A program made the position numbers and the translations under genes. From contig JANVYQ010000004.1 in the NCBI GenBank assembly GCA_030059675.1, forward strand, positions 64,001 to 128,000: 64,000 nt of DNA, in the 5' to 3' direction. The DNA comes from Candidatus Pelearchaeum maunauluense (GTDB lineage Archaea; Thermoproteota; Nitrososphaeria_A; Caldarchaeales; Caldarchaeaceae). Within the stretch, counting starts at the first letter, position 1. Every line of letters starts with the position of its first letter. The notes under the pieces were generated by a model, which was given only the letters and a program-made list of their open reading frames with translations, ran no database searches and was not told the DNA's origin. Below are positions 28,520 to 39,215 of the stretch, one piece after another.

Positions 28520-30349
28520 TTGCGGCTGCTGGAGTTTCATGTGGATTTCATAGAGTATGAGCCTGTAAGGAAGGAGATTGAGCTGGCTGAGGAGGCTGAG
28601 AAAAAACCTTACCGCGTTGATGATGCTCTTGTGATGTTCGTCAGCGTTGAGCCTGATGATGACGAGTCTGTGGTTGAAGCGGCGGTTGTGGATGCCTATG
28701 AATATATGAGCCGCCTCAAGGTGCAGCGCCTAGTAATCTACCCCTTCGCCCACCTGAGCAGCACTCTAGCCAGACCAAAACACGCTCTAGAGCTTCTGAG
28801 ATTAATGGAAGATAAGGCACGGGAGAGGGGTATAGAAGTTATCAGAACACCATTCGGCTGGAATAAAGCTCTACGCCTCAGCGTTAAGGGACACCCACTA
28901 GCGGAGCGCTCGCGAAGCTTCACAAAGCAACACCAGGAACAAAAACCAACAACACTAACAAAGACATACTACATACTCGCAACGGATGGAAAGCTCTACA
29001 AACCAGAAGAATACACTTGGAGTGAGGGAGGAGAAGCATTTAGAAATATGGTTGAGAAAGAAGCCCTCGGAAGAGAATCCCCAGCTACGGGACAGCCAGA
29101 ATACATCAAGATACTCAAACGCTTCGGCATAGATTGGGAGGAGATGTCAGACCTGGGACATATGCGCTACGGGCCGGAGGGGACTATAATCTTCGACCTG
29201 CTGGTAGCTTATGCGGAGCAGGTAGCCCGCGAGGTTGGAATTCCCGTCTATAGCATTAAGGGGACTAACATGTTCAGCCTAGAGAGCAAGCCCATACGCG
29301 AGCATGCTGGGCTGTTCGGCCAGCGGATGTATAAGGTTGATGTAGAGGGGCGGAGCTATGTCATGCGCTTCGCGGCATGCTTCCAGCAGTTCGCACTAGC
29401 CAAGGACTGGGTGATAAGCTACCGCCACCTACCCTTCGGCGAGTTTGAGGTAGCAGACAGCTACAGGCTAGAGCAGTCAGGAGAGCTAGTCCTAGGATTC
29501 AGGCTCAGAAGAATGAGCATGCCAGACTTTCACATCTTCTGCAAAGACATAGAAGAAGCCAAGCAGGTATTCAAGAAAGTTCATTCAAAAATATATGAGG
29601 AGATAGAGAAAATCGGCCGCGACTATGTCTCGCTTTATAACCTCACATCGCGGAAATTCTTTGAGGAGAACCGCGATTTCTTCATGGATTTGGTGAAGCG
29701 GGAGCGGAAGCCTGTGCTACTCGCCTTTTATCCTGAGGACAGCAACTACTACTGGGTTCTGAACATAGAGTACCATATCATAGACAAGATGGGCAGGCCA
29801 CGCGAGATAGGGACCGTGCAGATTGACATCGGCAACGCAGAGCGCTTCAACATACGCTATGTTGATAGAGACGGCTCACACCGCTATCCAGTCATACTGC
29901 ATACAGCAATACTCGGAACGATAGAGCGCTGGCTATACACGCTAGTAGATACGGCGCTGCAGCGAGAGCCGCATATGTTGCCTACGTGGATATGCCCTAT
30001 ACAGGCCAGGGTAATCCCCGTTAATGACAGGTATTTTAAGAAGGCGGTGGCATTGGCCGAGAAGCTGGCTAAGAATAACATAAGGGCAGATGTGGATGAT
30101 CGCGACGACACGCTTGACAGGAAGATTCGCGACGCTGAGGTCATGTGGATACCCTATATAATAATCATAGGAAAGAAGGAAGCAAGCTCTGGAAAGCTCT
30201 CGGTAAGAATCAGAAGCACCAGGGAGATTAAGCAGATGACGCTTAACACGCTTATAAAGCGTATAACAGGCGAGACACGCGGCTATCCTTGGAAACCTCT
30301 AACCCTACCCATGCTGGTCTCCCAGAGGCCAGTATACGCCAGCAGGTAG
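28520..30349 (+). CDS. thrS: Threonyl-tRNA synthetase, archaeal type with editing domain
   Basis: YPFAHLS, PFGW, RFAAC, GTIER. Confidence 0.95.
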   Translation: MRLLEFHVDFIEYEPVRKEIELAEEAEKKPYRVDDALVMFVSVEPDDDESVVEAAVVDAYEYMSRLKVQRLVIYPFAHLSSTLARPKHALELLRLMEDKARERGIEVIRTPFGWNKALRLSVKGHPLAERSRSFTKQHQEQKPTTLTKTYYILATDGKLYKPEEYTWSEGGEAFRNMVEKEALGRESPATGQPEYIKILKRFGIDWEEMSDLGHMRYGPEGTIIFDLLVAYAEQVAREVGIPVYSIKGTNMFSLESKPIREHAGLFGQRMYKVDVEGRSYVMRFAACFQQFALAKDWVISYRHLPFGEFEVADSYRLEQSGELVLGFRLRRMSMPDFHIFCKDIEEAKQVFKKVHSKIYEEIEKIGRDYVSLYNLTSRKFFEENRDFFMDLVKRERKPVLLAFYPEDSNYYWVLNIEYHIIDKMGRPREIGTVQIDIGNAERFNIRYVDRDGSHRYPVILHTAILGTIERWLYTLVDTALQREPHMLPTWICPIQARVIPVNDRYFKKAVALAEKLAKNNIRADVDDRDDTLDRKIRDAEVMWIPYIIIIGKKEASSGKLSVRIRSTREIKQMTLNTLIKRITGETRGYPWKPLTLPMLVSQRPVYASR

Positions 30350-30405
30350 TTCAATTATTGTTGTTGCGATAGCTTAAATACGCCAGGCCTGGGTATAGAG
30401 CTAGG

Positions 30406-31644
30406 ATGGAAGGTCAGGCCTCGCTGGACGTGCAGAAGATAAGGGAGGACTTCCCAATCTTCAGCCGCGCTCCACGCGGCAAACCACTAGTTTATCTAGA
30501 CTCAGCCGCAACTAGTCAGAAGCCTAGACAAGTGATAGAAGCAGTAAAACGCTTCTACGAGGAGTACAACTCCAACGTCCATCGCGGGATATACTCCATA
30601 AGCATAGAAGCGACCGAAGCGTATGAAGAGGCTAGGCGCGGAATAGCGCGTTTCATAAACGCGAAGAGTTATCGCGAGATAGTCTTTGTTAGGGGAACCA
30701 CCGAAGCCCTAAACCTAGTGGCATACGCATGGGCTTTGAGGAAGCTAAAGAAAGGTGATAAAATACTCCTAACAGAGATGGAGCATCACAGCAACATCGT
30801 CCCATGGCAGTTGGTAGCGCGTGAGAAGGGTCTGAAGCTTGAGTATATCCCCATACGCGATGATGGGACGCTAGATACATCAAAGCTGGATAGTTATCAC
30901 GACTTTAGGATATTCAGTTTCGTGTATAGCTCAAATGTTTTAGGAACCATCAACGATGTTAAACAGCTTGTAAGCTTCGCACACAGTCATGGTGCTTTAG
31001 CTGTTATAGACGCTGCTCAGGCCGCGCCCCATATGCGAATAGATGTGCAGGAGCTGGACTGTGATTTCCTGGCATTCAGCGGACATAAGATGCTGGGACC
31101 AACTGGGATAGGTGTTCTCTACGCAAAGCGGGAGTTGCTGGAGGAGATGGAGCCCTTCATGGGTGGTGGCGAGATGATACGCGAGGTGTATCTACACGAG
31201 TCGCGCTGGAATGAAGTTCCATGGAAGTTTGAGGCTGGAACTCCCAATATAGCTGGCGCAATAGGCCTTAAAGCCGCGGTTGACTATCTGGAGGGCATAG
31301 GTATGGATAATGTGCGCATGCATGAGATAAGCCTCACACGCTACGCTACCGAGCTGCTTGGGGAGATTCCAGGAATGAGGATATACGGGCCCCTAAGCCC
31401 TGAGAAGCGAAGCGGGCTTCTCGCATTCACCTTGGGAGACATACACGCACATGACTTGGCTACTTTTCTGGACGAGGAGGGAATATGCGTTAGAGCGGGT
31501 CATCACTGCGCCATGCCCATACACGCACGCCTAGGGGTTCCAGCAACCACGCGCGCCAGCTTCTACGTATATAATACCCACGAGGATATTGAGCGCCTGG
31601 CCGAAGCTTTGAAGAAGGCGGCCCAACTATTCAAGATAGTATAA
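30406..31644 (+). CDS. sufS: SufS cysteine desulfurase
   Basis: YLDSAATSQKP, SGHKM, RAGHHCA. Confidence 0.95.
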   Translation: MEGQASLDVQKIREDFPIFSRAPRGKPLVYLDSAATSQKPRQVIEAVKRFYEEYNSNVHRGIYSISIEATEAYEEARRGIARFINAKSYREIVFVRGTTEALNLVAYAWALRKLKKGDKILLTEMEHHSNIVPWQLVAREKGLKLEYIPIRDDGTLDTSKLDSYHDFRIFSFVYSSNVLGTINDVKQLVSFAHSHGALAVIDAAQAAPHMRIDVQELDCDFLAFSGHKMLGPTGIGVLYAKRELLEEMEPFMGGGEMIREVYLHESRWNEVPWKFEAGTPNIAGAIGLKAAVDYLEGIGMDNVRMHEISLTRYATELLGEIPGMRIYGPLSPEKRSGLLAFTLGDIHAHDLATFLDEEGICVRAGHHCAMPIHARLGVPATTRASFYVYNTHEDIERLAEALKKAAQLFKIV

Positions 31645-31691
31645 TTTATAAAACAACATAACGTCATCCGCGTGAACGGAGGTAGCGGTTA

Positions 31692-33665
31692 TTGAGGATA
31701 GTTGTGGTTGGAGCAGGAGTAATGGGACATGGAATAGCCGAGATATCTGCTCTTGCTGGATATGAAACAACACTAGTGGATATAAGTGATGATATACTCT
31801 CTAAAGCTCTCCAGAAGATTGAATGGAGTCTTAAGAAATTCGTTGAGAAGAAGCGTATAAGTGAGGAGCAGGCTAAGCAGGCTCTGGGAAGAATAAAAAC
31901 CACCACAGACTTGGCAGCGGCTTCACGGAACGCTGATGTCGTTATAGAGGCTGTGCCAGAAGATATAAACCTCAAGAAGAAGATATTCTCCACAATTGAC
32001 GCTAACGCCCCCGCAGGAGCTATACTGGCTACAAACACAAGCACGCTACCAATAAGTGAGATAGCCTCCGCAACCAAGCGGCCAGAACATGTTGTTGGCA
32101 TGCACTTCTTCAACCCACCACCCCTAATGCCACTGGTTGAAGTCATACGCGGCGAGAAGACAAGCGACGATGTGGTAAAGAAAACAGCGGAGCTTGCGAA
32201 GAGCTTCGGCAAGGAGGTGGTGATATGCCATAAAGATGTCCCTGGGTTTATCGTGAATAGAATCGTAGGCCCACTCCTGAACGAGGCTTGCTGGATGGTT
32301 CACCGCGGGGAGGCTACGCCTGTGGAGATTGACTCCGCTGTCCGCTATAAGGCAGGTCTCCCCATGGGCCTGCTTGAGCTTGCCGACTACACTGGGATAG
32401 ATGTAACATACCTGGCTGGCGAGTCTGTCAGGGCGCGCGACCCAGCTAATGTTCTCCCATGCCCGCTCTTCAAGGAGTATTATGAGAAGGGTAAGCTGGG
32501 CCAGAAGAGTGGTGAGGGCTTCTACAAGTATGGGAAGGGGATGTATGAAAGGCCTAGCATACCGCGCGAGGCTGGGGAGAAGCTTGACATAGTGCGCATA
32601 ATGGCTGTGGGAATAAACGCTGCGACGTGGCTTGTTCGGAATAGCGTGGCGTCGGTGGAGGATGTGGAGCGGGCTGTGAAACTCGGATTAGGATTCCCGA
32701 AGGGAATACTGGAGATGGCCGATGAGTGGGGGATAGACCGCGTGGTAGAGGTGCTCAACAACCTTCGCGAGAAATACGGCGACTACTACACTCCAGATCC
32801 GCTACTCACAAAGCTGGCTTCCGAGGGGAAACTGGGCGTGAAGGCTGGCGCCGGCTTCCACAGCTACGCAACGGGAGAGAAGAAATACAGCGAGATACTA
32901 GTTAGGAAGGAAGGCCATATAGCGTGGGTTATCCTCAATAGGCCGCAGAGGCTAAACGCCCTAACGCTCACGATGGCTGACGAGCTCATTGACGCGCTGG
33001 ACAAGCTTACGGCAGATAGCGGCGTCCGTGTTATAGTTTTACGCGGGGCAGGAGACCGCGCATTCTCGGCAGGGGCTGACGTAACAGCGTTCACCGAAGT
33101 CCCAGCACCTCACGCGGTTGTAGAGCTTTCCCAGAAATTCCAAGCCATGATGGACAAGGTTGAGGCTACACCAAAACCAGTAATCGCAGCTATAGATGGC
33201 TTCGCATTAGGTGGGGGATGTGAGCTTATACAGGCGTGTGATTTTAGAATCGCAACCACGCGCTCGGAGTTCGGCCAGCCTGAGATAAGGCTTGGCCTAA
33301 TCCCAGGAGCAGGTGGAACGCAGAGGCTCGTAAAGCTCGTCGGCCTAGCCAAGGCCAAGGAGCTGGTCATGCTGGGAGAACGCATAAACGCTGAGGAAGC
33401 CCATCGAATAGGGCTCGTCAACAAACTTGTACCCCCAGAAAGGTTTGAGGAGGAGGTGAGGAGCTTCGCCAACAAACTCGCAGAAATGCCGCCCATAGCC
33501 CTAAAGGCGGCCAAACTAGCCCTAAACTACGGCACACAGTCGCCGCTCTCAACAGGCCTAACACTGGAAAGAGGACTATTCAGCCTCCTCTTCTCAACAA
33601 AAGACTTCATGGAGGGGGTGTCGGCATTCCTATCCAAACGAAAACCAGAATTCAAGGGTGAGTAA
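31692..33665 (+). CDS. 3-hydroxyacyl-CoA dehydrogenase / enoyl-CoA hydratase fusion
   Basis: GAGVMG, HFFNP; AFSAGAD, GGGCE, PEIRLG. Confidence 0.93.
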   Translation: MRIVVVGAGVMGHGIAEISALAGYETTLVDISDDILSKALQKIEWSLKKFVEKKRISEEQAKQALGRIKTTTDLAAASRNADVVIEAVPEDINLKKKIFSTIDANAPAGAILATNTSTLPISEIASATKRPEHVVGMHFFNPPPLMPLVEVIRGEKTSDDVVKKTAELAKSFGKEVVICHKDVPGFIVNRIVGPLLNEACWMVHRGEATPVEIDSAVRYKAGLPMGLLELADYTGIDVTYLAGESVRARDPANVLPCPLFKEYYEKGKLGQKSGEGFYKYGKGMYERPSIPREAGEKLDIVRIMAVGINAATWLVRNSVASVEDVERAVKLGLGFPKGILEMADEWGIDRVVEVLNNLREKYGDYYTPDPLLTKLASEGKLGVKAGAGFHSYATGEKKYSEILVRKEGHIAWVILNRPQRLNALTLTMADELIDALDKLTADSGVRVIVLRGAGDRAFSAGADVTAFTEVPAPHAVVELSQKFQAMMDKVEATPKPVIAAIDGFALGGGCELIQACDFRIATTRSEFGQPEIRLGLIPGAGGTQRLVKLVGLAKAKELVMLGERINAEEAHRIGLVNKLVPPERFEEEVRSFANKLAEMPPIALKAAKLALNYGTQSPLSTGLTLERGLFSLLFSTKDFMEGVSAFLSKRKPEFKGE

Positions 33666-33697
33666 TGGATATAGCATAGCGGGTAGCGTGGAGATAC

Positions 33698-34045
33698 GTG
33701 AGCGGAGAGGACGCATTACAGGTTTTGAGCACGATAGTGGCTAGGGCTAATGATATTCAGGAGATTAAGCAGAAGATAGCCAACTGGGATAAGGTCTTTC
33801 AGTTTAAGCCAAGCGATGCAGAGCCCTTCATACTACAGGCTGTAAACGGTGTTCTCAACGTTAGCAGGGGATTACACCCAAACCCGACAGCAACGCTTGA
33901 GGCGTCGCACCAAGACCTGCTGGCTATGATGAAGGGAGAACTGGACCCCGTCAAGGCTTTCTTCTCGGGGAGGCTTAAGATAAAGGGCGATGTCTTCGCC
34001 ACGCAGGAGCTAAACTCCATACTCCGGACAGTCCAGAAGAAATAG
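33698..34045 (+). CDS. SCP2 lipid-binding protein
   Basis: GELDPVKAFFSGRLKIKGD. Confidence 0.88.
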   Translation: MSGEDALQVLSTIVARANDIQEIKQKIANWDKVFQFKPSDAEPFILQAVNGVLNVSRGLHPNPTATLEASHQDLLAMMKGELDPVKAFFSGRLKIKGDVFATQELNSILRTVQKK

Positions 34046-34063
34046 CAAGCAACAGAGGTGGCT

Positions 34064-34435
34064 TCATACCTTCCTTAGATAGCGGCCCAGCTCTTCTATC
34101 GTATTTATCCCTAAGCGTCTCGCTGCTGAGAGCTTGCGGTAGTAGAAGAGGTCTACATTTATTCCCTGGCTCGTTAGCTCCCTTACTATGTGCTTGGTCA
34201 TTTTCTCGCCTTCGCGGTCAAAGTCTAGCAACAGTATTACTCGTTTGTTGATGTGTTGTGTGAAGATTGTTCTCCTGAGCTCGCGGAGGAGTATTACCTT
34301 CCCAGCTACGCCCAGCATTGTTAGGGCGTGTCTATCCCGCTCTCCCTCCACTAGAATAACTGCTCCTTCATCCACATCAATTCTAAGCTTCTCCACTAGA
34401 CCAATCAACTCCTCTACTTTCTCATACCTCCCCAT
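34064..34435 (-). CDS. Small Toprim-domain protein
   Basis: LVEGERD; LLDFDREG. Confidence 0.85.
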   Translation of the reverse strand: MGRYEKVEELIGLVEKLRIDVDEGAVILVEGERDRHALTMLGVAGKVILLRELRRTIFTQHINKRVILLLDFDREGEKMTKHIVRELTSQGINVDLFYYRKLSAARRLGINTIEELGRYLRKV

Positions 34436-34697
34436 ATACCCAATAAACAGAAAACCAACCCCATATTTTAGCGGTTCAATCACCATATTGAAGCAATGGA
34501 ATACCACCCCATTCTTTTGAAAAATGCCAGAAACTGATTAGAACTATACTAGAATCTAGGTTTGATTTTCATTTTGCATGGGAGAGGTGGCTGAAAGTGC
34601 GGCTTCGGTATTGTTTTAGAGATACTGCGGTATTACCAAGCCTTATCCATAAGCGCGTGAGCAGCGTAGCCTCAAGATAGGAGGTGAGGACGAAAGG

Positions 34698-34844
34698 ATG
34701 AAGGTTGTAACAGTTCACCTGCCAGAACCGTACCTTGAGGCTATAGACGAGCTGGTGAGGCGGCGTCTTTATCCAAACCGAGCCGAGGCAATAAGGATGG
34801 CCGTAAGAGACTTCATACGCGAGGAGGTTCAGGTGAGTGAGTGA
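34698..34844 (+). CDS. CdrS-like ribbon-helix-helix regulator, 48 aa (not in ORF track)
   Basis: MKVVTVHLPEPYLEAIDELVRRRLYPNRAEAIRMAVRDFIREEVQVSE; overlaps the ftsZ start. Confidence 0.85.
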   Translation: MKVVTVHLPEPYLEAIDELVRRRLYPNRAEAIRMAVRDFIREEVQVSE

Positions 34845-35928
34845 GCCATACTACCCTGAACCTGAGTTGGAGGAAGTAAGGATAAGGCTGATCGGCGTAG
34901 GCGGCGCTGGCTGCAACACAATAAACCGCCTAGCAACCAACGGCCTACGAGGCGTCTTCACAGTCGCCGTTAACACAGACTTACAGCATCTTGACCTTAC
35001 GCGCGCTGATAAGAAAATCCTGCTGGGCAAGACCGTAACACGGCTACGTGGCTCAGGCAGCGACCCCATAAAGGGGAGGATGGCTGCCGAGGAAGCGATT
35101 GAAGACATAAGGAAAGTTGTGCAGGATGCGGATATAGTCTTCATAGCTGCCGGCCTGGGTGGAGGAACTGGGACAGGCGCTGCGCCCATCGTGGCTTCTG
35201 TGGCGCGTGAAGAGGGAGCTACCGTCGTAGGCGTCGTAACTCTGCCGTTTAAGTTTGAGGGTATAGTGAGGAAGCGCATAGCATTAGGGGGGCTTGAGGA
35301 GCTTAAGAAAGAATGTAACGCCGTCGTCGTAGTGGATAACAACAAGCTACTAGAACTATATCCGCAGCATGGGCTCAAGACAGCATTCAGCCTAGCTGAC
35401 GAGGTGATAAGCAACATGATTCAGAGCATAACAGAGTCAATATCAAGGCCAGGTCTAATAAACATAGACTACGCAGACTTTAAGACAATCGTATCACGCG
35501 GCAAGTTGGCATCGTTGGGTATGGGTAGGTCATCATCGCCCAACAGAGCTGAGGAGGCAACGTTCAACGCGCTGCAATCACCGTTGTTAGACGCCTCTTA
35601 CGAAGGCCTCTCTGGAGCCATAGTGCACGTTACAGGTGGCGAGGATATGCAGCTCGCTGAGGCGGCGCGGCCTGCTGAGATAGTCTCCGAGCTGATGGAT
35701 GATGAGGGCTTGGTAATCTGGGGAGCGCGTATAGATAACTTCTACTCATCAACAATGCAGGTATCGCTGATACTCACAGGGCTCTCCAGCACACCCCAGC
35801 TAGTTGAGATTAACGAGATGACAAACGAAGCGGCTGCAAGCTCCAAGAGCGGCAATGGTCATCAGGAAGAGCTAAACCGCCTATTGGAGGAGCTGGGGAT
35901 AAAGACGGTATACCCCAACACCTCTTAA
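34837..35928 (+). CDS. ftsZ: Cell division protein FtsZ
   Basis: GVGGAGCN, GGGTGTG, T7 loop INIDYAD. Confidence 0.95.
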   Translation: MSEPYYPEPELEEVRIRLIGVGGAGCNTINRLATNGLRGVFTVAVNTDLQHLDLTRADKKILLGKTVTRLRGSGSDPIKGRMAAEEAIEDIRKVVQDADIVFIAAGLGGGTGTGAAPIVASVAREEGATVVGVVTLPFKFEGIVRKRIALGGLEELKKECNAVVVVDNNKLLELYPQHGLKTAFSLADEVISNMIQSITESISRPGLINIDYADFKTIVSRGKLASLGMGRSSSPNRAEEATFNALQSPLLDASYEGLSGAIVHVTGGEDMQLAEAARPAEIVSELMDDEGLVIWGARIDNFYSSTMQVSLILTGLSSTPQLVEINEMTNEAAASSKSGNGHQEELNRLLEELGIKTVYPNTS

Positions 35929-36011
35929 CAATCGTCATTTATTTTTTATTTTCTTATTTACGAGCATAGCTTATCTATAAGCGGCCAGCACGATAATCGG
36001 TCTGGTAGAAC

Positions 36012-36794
36012 ATGAGGCGTAGGCCTAGTCTTCTGCAGATAATCTACTCCAGGAGAACTGTTAGGCGTTTTAGCAAGAGTAAGCCTCTCTCTGAGGATGT
36101 TGTTAAGATGTTGGTTGAGGCTGGTCAGAGGGCTCCCTGCTACTATCAGGCGTATTCTGTTATATGGGTTAGGGATGAGGAGAGAATTAAGAGCTTAGCC
36201 GAGATATGTGATAGCGAGACTACACGCTCCATGATACTTAACGCCTCCGCAGTCCTGCTAATTTGTGTGGATTTCTACCGTCTTAGAGTGCTTTTAAACT
36301 CCCTCGGCCATCATCACATACTAAGCGAGGACAAGTTCCCCGTCGAGGCCTTCTATGGCGTATTCGAGACTGGGCTTATGGTTGAGAATATCTGCATAGC
36401 GGCCGAGGTTCTTGGACTCGGCTCTGCCTTGCTTGACTGCGCTCTCTTTGAGTGTGAGAGGATAGCGCTTCTCTTCCAGCTTCCTCACGGCGTTATACCT
36501 GCTGCTATACTTTGCGTGGGTGAGAAGGGTGAAAACCCGCCGCCACGTCCGCGCTGGCCGCTGGAGCACGTGCTCCATATAGATGCGTATAAGCCTGTGC
36601 AGGCCGAAGATGTAGAGGCCTATCTAGACCTATCAGAGAAAATTCTCGCCTCCGAGGGGTATCTGAGAAAATACGCGGAATGGAATGGTAGCTACACTGA
36701 ATATTTGATGGAACGAACATTATTGACGAAGGAGATTAAGAAAACCTACGACGCAATAGCTTCATTCTTGACGCGCAATGGCCTTAAGCTCTGA
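36012..36794 (+). CDS. NfsA-like nitroreductase
   Basis: RRTVRRF; QAYSVI; PRPRWP. Confidence 0.8.
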   Translation: MRRRPSLLQIIYSRRTVRRFSKSKPLSEDVVKMLVEAGQRAPCYYQAYSVIWVRDEERIKSLAEICDSETTRSMILNASAVLLICVDFYRLRVLLNSLGHHHILSEDKFPVEAFYGVFETGLMVENICIAAEVLGLGSALLDCALFECERIALLFQLPHGVIPAAILCVGEKGENPPPRPRWPLEHVLHIDAYKPVQAEDVEAYLDLSEKILASEGYLRKYAEWNGSYTEYLMERTLLTKEIKKTYDAIASFLTRNGLKL

Positions 36795-36834
36795 AAAGTT
36801 ATAATTATGGAATTACATCAACGACGCGACATAC

Positions 36835-37899
36835 ATGCAACTAGAAGAACAGGTTAACGCGCTATTAGAAAGTTATAGCAAATTAATTGATGATGCCATA
36901 GGGAAGATAGTGCCACAAGAGTTTGATATCCGCTCATTATTATCATATTTGGGAGAGCCCAAATACGAGTATGAGCTGGTAGCGGTTAATGAGGGAATAA
37001 CAAAACCATTCTGGGACCTCATAACGCGGGGGGGTAAGCGCTGGAGGCCAGCTCTGATGCTGCTTACCTATCAAGCCCTCGGCGGCAAGTTGGAGCAGGT
37101 GATTGAATACGCGGCTATACCTGAGATAATCCACAACGCCACGCTAATAGTTGATGATGTTGAGGATAATAGCCAAATGCGCCGTAATAAGCCGTGCATA
37201 CATAGGATATACGGTGTTGATATAGCGATAAACGCTGGGAACACACTCTACTACCTACCAATATTATATATATTAAAGAATGTGGAGGAGGGGAAGAGGT
37301 GTAGGATACTTCAGGCATATGTGCGTCAGATGACGTATCTAAGCATAGGCCAGGCTATGGACATAGCTTGGCATCGTGGGCTGATGGGGGAGATAAGTGA
37401 GAACCAGTATCTCCAGATGTGCGCCTTCAAGACTGGTTCGGTCTCCAAGTTCGCTGTAGAGCTTGCATGTATATTCGCTGATGCTGACGCCAAGACCACT
37501 GCAGCGCTATCTGACTTTGGCGAGACTGTCGGCGTGGCTTTCCAGATACAGGACGACCTCCTCAACCTCGTTGGGGAGGAAGCCAAGTATGGAAAGGAGG
37601 TTGGCGGAGATATAACCGAAGGGAAACGAACATTAATGGTTGTTTATGCTCTTAGAAACCTACCCGCCGATGAGCGGGAGAGGCTTAAGCAGATACTTGA
37701 TAAGCATACGACAGATAAGCGGGAGATTGAAGAGGCTATATCGCTAATCAAGAAGTCTGGGGCTATAGAGTATGCGCAGAAGGTTGCGCGTAGATTGATG
37801 CTTGAATCGTGGGCTAGGGCTGATGAGGTTCTCCCACCTTCCGACGCAAAGAACAACCTAAGACTCTTAGCGGAATACTTGATTGAGCGTAGTAGGTGA
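36835..37899 (+). CDS. Geranylgeranyl diphosphate synthase (polyprenyl synthetase)
   Basis: GGKRWRP, DDVED, FQIQDD. Confidence 0.92.
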   Translation: MQLEEQVNALLESYSKLIDDAIGKIVPQEFDIRSLLSYLGEPKYEYELVAVNEGITKPFWDLITRGGKRWRPALMLLTYQALGGKLEQVIEYAAIPEIIHNATLIVDDVEDNSQMRRNKPCIHRIYGVDIAINAGNTLYYLPILYILKNVEEGKRCRILQAYVRQMTYLSIGQAMDIAWHRGLMGEISENQYLQMCAFKTGSVSKFAVELACIFADADAKTTAALSDFGETVGVAFQIQDDLLNLVGEEAKYGKEVGGDITEGKRTLMVVYALRNLPADERERLKQILDKHTTDKREIEEAISLIKKSGAIEYAQKVARRLMLESWARADEVLPPSDAKNNLRLLAEYLIERSR

Positions 37900-37906
37900 G
37901 TAAAGA

Positions 37907-38569
37907 ATGACTATAACAGCGTTAAGCTTTGACTGCTATGGGACATTAATAGACTGGGAAAAGGGTATGCGCGACGCCTTTCAGCGAGTCATATCACGAC
38001 GCAGCTTAACGGTGGACGTTGAGCAGATGATTAGGCGATACATAGAGATAGAGCTTGAAGTTGAGGGGGAGACGTATAGAAAGTATAAAGATGTTCTAAG
38101 AATATCTACGCGTAGGTTGCTTGAGGAAATGGATATGGAGCCTTCAGCCGACGATGAGAACGTGCTTGTCGAGACCCTTCCGAGATGGCCGCCGTTTCCT
38201 GAAACTAGAGAAACGCTCAAAAGTCTTCGGGAGAAGGGGCTGAAGCTCATAATCCTCTCAAACGTGGATGACGATCTAATCAAAGGCTCCGTAGAGCTCA
38301 TAGGCGTGGAGTTTGACGATATAATAACCGCGGAACAGACACGCTCCTACAAGCCCGCCTATGGTCACTGGCTTAGGATGCTGGAAGCTCATAAGCTGGA
38401 GAAAGAACAGGTAATCCATGTGAGTGCGAGCTACGTACATGACATAATACCCGCCAGCAGGCTTGGTTTTAGGACTGTTTGGATAAACCGTAAAAACGAA
38501 ACACCCCGGGGCAGGCCTGTGCATAGCTACGAGTTCCCAGATTTGAGTCCTCTACCTACGCTCTTTTAA
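37907..38569 (+). CDS. HAD hydrolase (haloacid dehalogenase type II-like)
   Basis: FDCYGTLIDW; SYKP. Confidence 0.88.
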   Translation: MTITALSFDCYGTLIDWEKGMRDAFQRVISRRSLTVDVEQMIRRYIEIELEVEGETYRKYKDVLRISTRRLLEEMDMEPSADDENVLVETLPRWPPFPETRETLKSLREKGLKLIILSNVDDDLIKGSVELIGVEFDDIITAEQTRSYKPAYGHWLRMLEAHKLEKEQVIHVSASYVHDIIPASRLGFRTVWINRKNETPRGRPVHSYEFPDLSPLPTLF

Positions 38570-38604
38570 CGCCTTTATACCTCCGATAACGCGTATGAGA
38601 ACTG

Positions 38605-39105
38605 ATGAGTCAGAACGGCTCAATAAAGCTGGATATAGTGGATATAAAGCCTCCAGAGGGCTGTAATGTGGTGCTTGGAATATCCCACTTCATAAAAACC
38701 GTGGAAGACATCTATGAGGCGGTGGTGAATACCGTCCCTGGAGCTAAGTTTGGGATTGCCTTCGCGGAGGCAAGCGGCCCCTGCTTGGTGCGCCATGAAG
38801 GGACTGATGAGGAGCTTAGGAAGCTCGCCGCGGAGACCATGCTACGCCTAGCTTGCGGGCATACGTTTCTAATAATAATGCGCGGTATGTATCCGATTAA
38901 TATCATGGGCAGGCTGAAGAGCGTGCCTGAGGTTTGTACAATACTCGCTGCAACGGCCAACCCCCTTCAGGTGATTGTAGCAGAGACAGAGCAGGGTCGC
39001 GGTGTGATAGGCGTGGTGGATGGCTACAAGTCTAAGGGGATAGAGGACGAGCAGCATATAAGGGAGAGGAGAGAGTTCCTGAGAAAGATAGGCTACAAGT
39101 TCTAG
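38605..39105 (+). CDS. Adenosine-specific kinase family (DUF355)
   Basis: [20 protein letters not shown]. Confidence 0.88.
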   Translation: MSQNGSIKLDIVDIKPPEGCNVVLGISHFIKTVEDIYEAVVNTVPGAKFGIAFAEASGPCLVRHEGTDEELRKLAAETMLRLACGHTFLIIMRGMYPINIMGRLKSVPEVCTILAATANPLQVIVAETEQGRGVIGVVDGYKSKGIEDEQHIRERREFLRKIGYKF

Positions 39106-39129
39106 GAAACTCTCTTAAGAGGATTATTA

Positions 39130-39190
39130 TCAGCACGGGTATTTTTCTTCACAGCGCGGCGAAGCGCTCAGCAATACCCGCTCACATCAC
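39130..39190 (-). ncRNA. C/D-box-like double K-turn RNA
   Basis: GTGATGT..CTGA-hairpin-TGAAGA..CTGA at sRNA-like spacing. Confidence 0.5.
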
Positions 39191-39215
39191 CGAATAGCAT
39201 GCCTCTATGACACTA

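Noticed and set aside
34584-34673. BHB-like fold upstream of the cdrS-like gene (GCTG/CAGC, bulges AAA and GTA)
   Set aside because: Both flanking helices start with mismatches, and a probable promoter element lies inside it
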